DNA of 62,614 nucleotides, filler included, from Rhabdomonas costata (Eukaryota): the NCBI GenBank assembly GCA_019059605.1. It is 32 parts of 32 records of this genome, joined end to end, with 100 filler letters (N's around TTAATTAATTAA, not from the genome) between each part and the next. Parts side by side here need not be neighbours in the genome. Positions count along the whole stretch, not along the records: positions 60,869 to 62,614 come from JAHMHO010009687.1; 31 more parts are not named here. One strand, given 5' to 3'. Numbering within the stretch: the stretch's first letter is position 1; each line of letters opens with the position of its first letter. A model generated the notes under the pieces. It ran no database searches. It was not told where the DNA came from and saw nothing but the letters and a program-made list of their open reading frames with translations. Shown piece after piece: positions 60,869 to 62,614 of this stretch. A program made the translations under genes and the position numbers.

Positions 60869-62614
60869 TTGGTGTCCATGACCTCAAACTCATCGTCTCC
60901 GATGGTATCCGCTGACCAGCATCGGACCCGCATCTTGCCGTTCCGTGCACGTGGTGTCGCATCAATCATCCACCGCAGTGGACAGTGCGTTTCACACGTT
61001 GGCTTCCAGGTCCGCGGAGGTCTCTTTCGCATAGGCGCTGCTAGTCTTCAGCTGCTTGATGAGCTTTTTTGTAAAAGAGATGCGCCATGCGTGTCAGAGG
61101 TCCACACGGAGTAGCTCCATCCTGATTCCTGGTGTGCCTTGTACAAGGGATTTTGGGCACCGCCATGCCGCTACCAGACCGTGAAGTCCAGAGCGTGTGG
61201 GTCTTTGGGAAGCATGTGCGGGAACAGCAGGTACTGCTGGTACTAGTTCAGGAATCTTCGAGATTCCTGCGCCATTCCTTCATTTTCAAGATGTTTCCAT
61301 CTCAGCAGATGGCACGCATTGTCTCTTTGAGCACACTGTGGCCTCGTGCGGGGTTCCAGATCTCGAGCATTTGGTCAGGTGCTTCCATTCTGTGTCACTC
61401 TAAACTCCGCAGTGGTGGCATCATGTCAATTACTTAATGCAAACAGCCACGATAGAGCTGCGCGGAACCAAATGGGAGCCATTACATCCAGTGAGCCAGA
61501 TGGTCGCGTGCGTGGACTGAAGAGACAGCAGGCGTTCCTTGACGTCCTCCACCAAGCTTGCGAAGAATTGTGCTTTGGTTGCTACGTGGAGCTCGAGTGT
61601 CAAGACGCCCTGGAGGTGAGGCTTGGGTTGTGGAACTGACGGCTTTGTTTTCCGCACTGCTGCTCATAGATCGCGCGGCTCTATCAATTTCCGCTTTCAT
61701 CGTAATTGGGTTGTTCTGCTGCTGAAAAATGTGGTTTCCGTTGCTTATGAGCATCGCCAGACGTGCGGTGGACACCGTTACACTGGTTCGCTGATGCCCA
61801 GTCCACCGTGTTTTCTACCGAGGCTGGCCTGCAGGCGTGCTGCAGGGGTGAGCGGAATCCCGGTGATGGTCTGGAGAGTGTCAACGCTCTCATACAGCAT
61901 CAGTGTTATCGTTGATTCCGGACACTCATCGCTTGGTATTGCCTGTGCGATGTGCTGAATCATACATGGACAAAGTCAGGCGTTGAGAATTTCCAGCGCC
62001 TGGCGGTGGAACTGCTAGGCCATGAGTCGGAACGCTTGCGCAATACTGTGCCAGCGTTTGAGGGCCGCGTCGGATGTGCTATTAGGACCAGATGACAGCG
62101 GCTCCCAGAAGTAGGTGAGCTCATAGTTATGGTGGATTGATGGCACTTGACTGAGACCATGTGGAGCAGGATCAGAACCATCGTAGTACAGCTCGCACTT
62201 GCGCTCGTTGATATCCAGCCCTATAGTGGGGAGCAGCTTCTTGATGTAGAGAAAATGGCGTTCTACTCCTCGGGGTTTGGCGTTGAGCACCCGGTCGTCC
62301 ATGTACCATAGGTACCGGTCAGCTCCTTCCAGGCCGAGTCCACGAAGAATTTGCGCGAGGGCGATACAGAAGAGTGGGGGCAACAGTGGATCTCCTTGAA
62401 TCACTCCCGTGGTGGAGGGAAGCCTTCTCTGATTATCGGCACGGCAGCTGAGAGACAGTGGGACCAGGCGTCCAACAGTGGGTCGATGTCGGCAAGGGGC
62501 TGGCAGCAGGTCTGGCGACTGAATTGGTTGAAGGCGTTGCAAAGACCTTGCACATCATAGTGGTCCGGAGATCTCTGGCCCACTATGATGTGCAAGGTCT
62601 TTGCAACACCACAA
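60869..62614 (-). mobile_element. Decayed non-LTR retrotransposon, CRE/SLACS-like (RT + C-terminal zinc-knuckle/RLE remnants)
   Basis: In order across frameshifts: NAFNQFSR, GVIQGDPLLPPLFCIAL, WYMDD, IGLDINERKCEL, LQASLGRKHGGLGI, LLSLQSTHATIWL, D…KHLTKC and ALDFTV. Confidence 0.85.

Overview
This is not a contiguous locus. It is a concatenation of 32 unlinked short contigs (31 of about 1.75 kb, one of about 5.4 kb) joined by artificial 100-nt spacers (44 N, TTAATTAATTAA, 44 N), so adjacency between contigs means nothing. The DNA comes from an intron-rich flagellate eukaryote. The PF16 sequence is of the euglenozoan type, and pyrimidine-tract/AG acceptors lie just upstream of start codons, which points to a euglenid or diplonemid (inference). 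Recognisable spliced gene fragments are a myosin (converter, IQ motifs, hydrophobic tail), TMEM143/DUF3754, a CPA2 K+/H+ antiporter, a nucleotide-sugar transporter, an M16 peptidase, an axonemal dynein heavy chain, Raptor, a Methyltransf_24-like methyltransferase and an 11-exon PF16/SPAG6. There is also a decayed CRE-like non-LTR retrotransposon. The best leads are: (1) an intronless class III cyclase domain of the photoactivated adenylyl cyclase (PAC/bPAC) type with the first metal-binding Asp replaced by His; (2) non-GT intron donors (GA-AG and GC-AG) implied by conserved protein motifs; (3) a possibly membrane-anchored myosin; (4) a protein with tandem Cys-pair beta-rich repeats; (5) a decayed tyrosine-recombinase-like ORF. 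The G/T-only contig starts, A/C-only contig ends and terminal hairpins are probably whole-genome-amplification artefacts. I found no rRNA, tRNA or CRISPR array. All family calls are by-eye motif recognition, not database searches.
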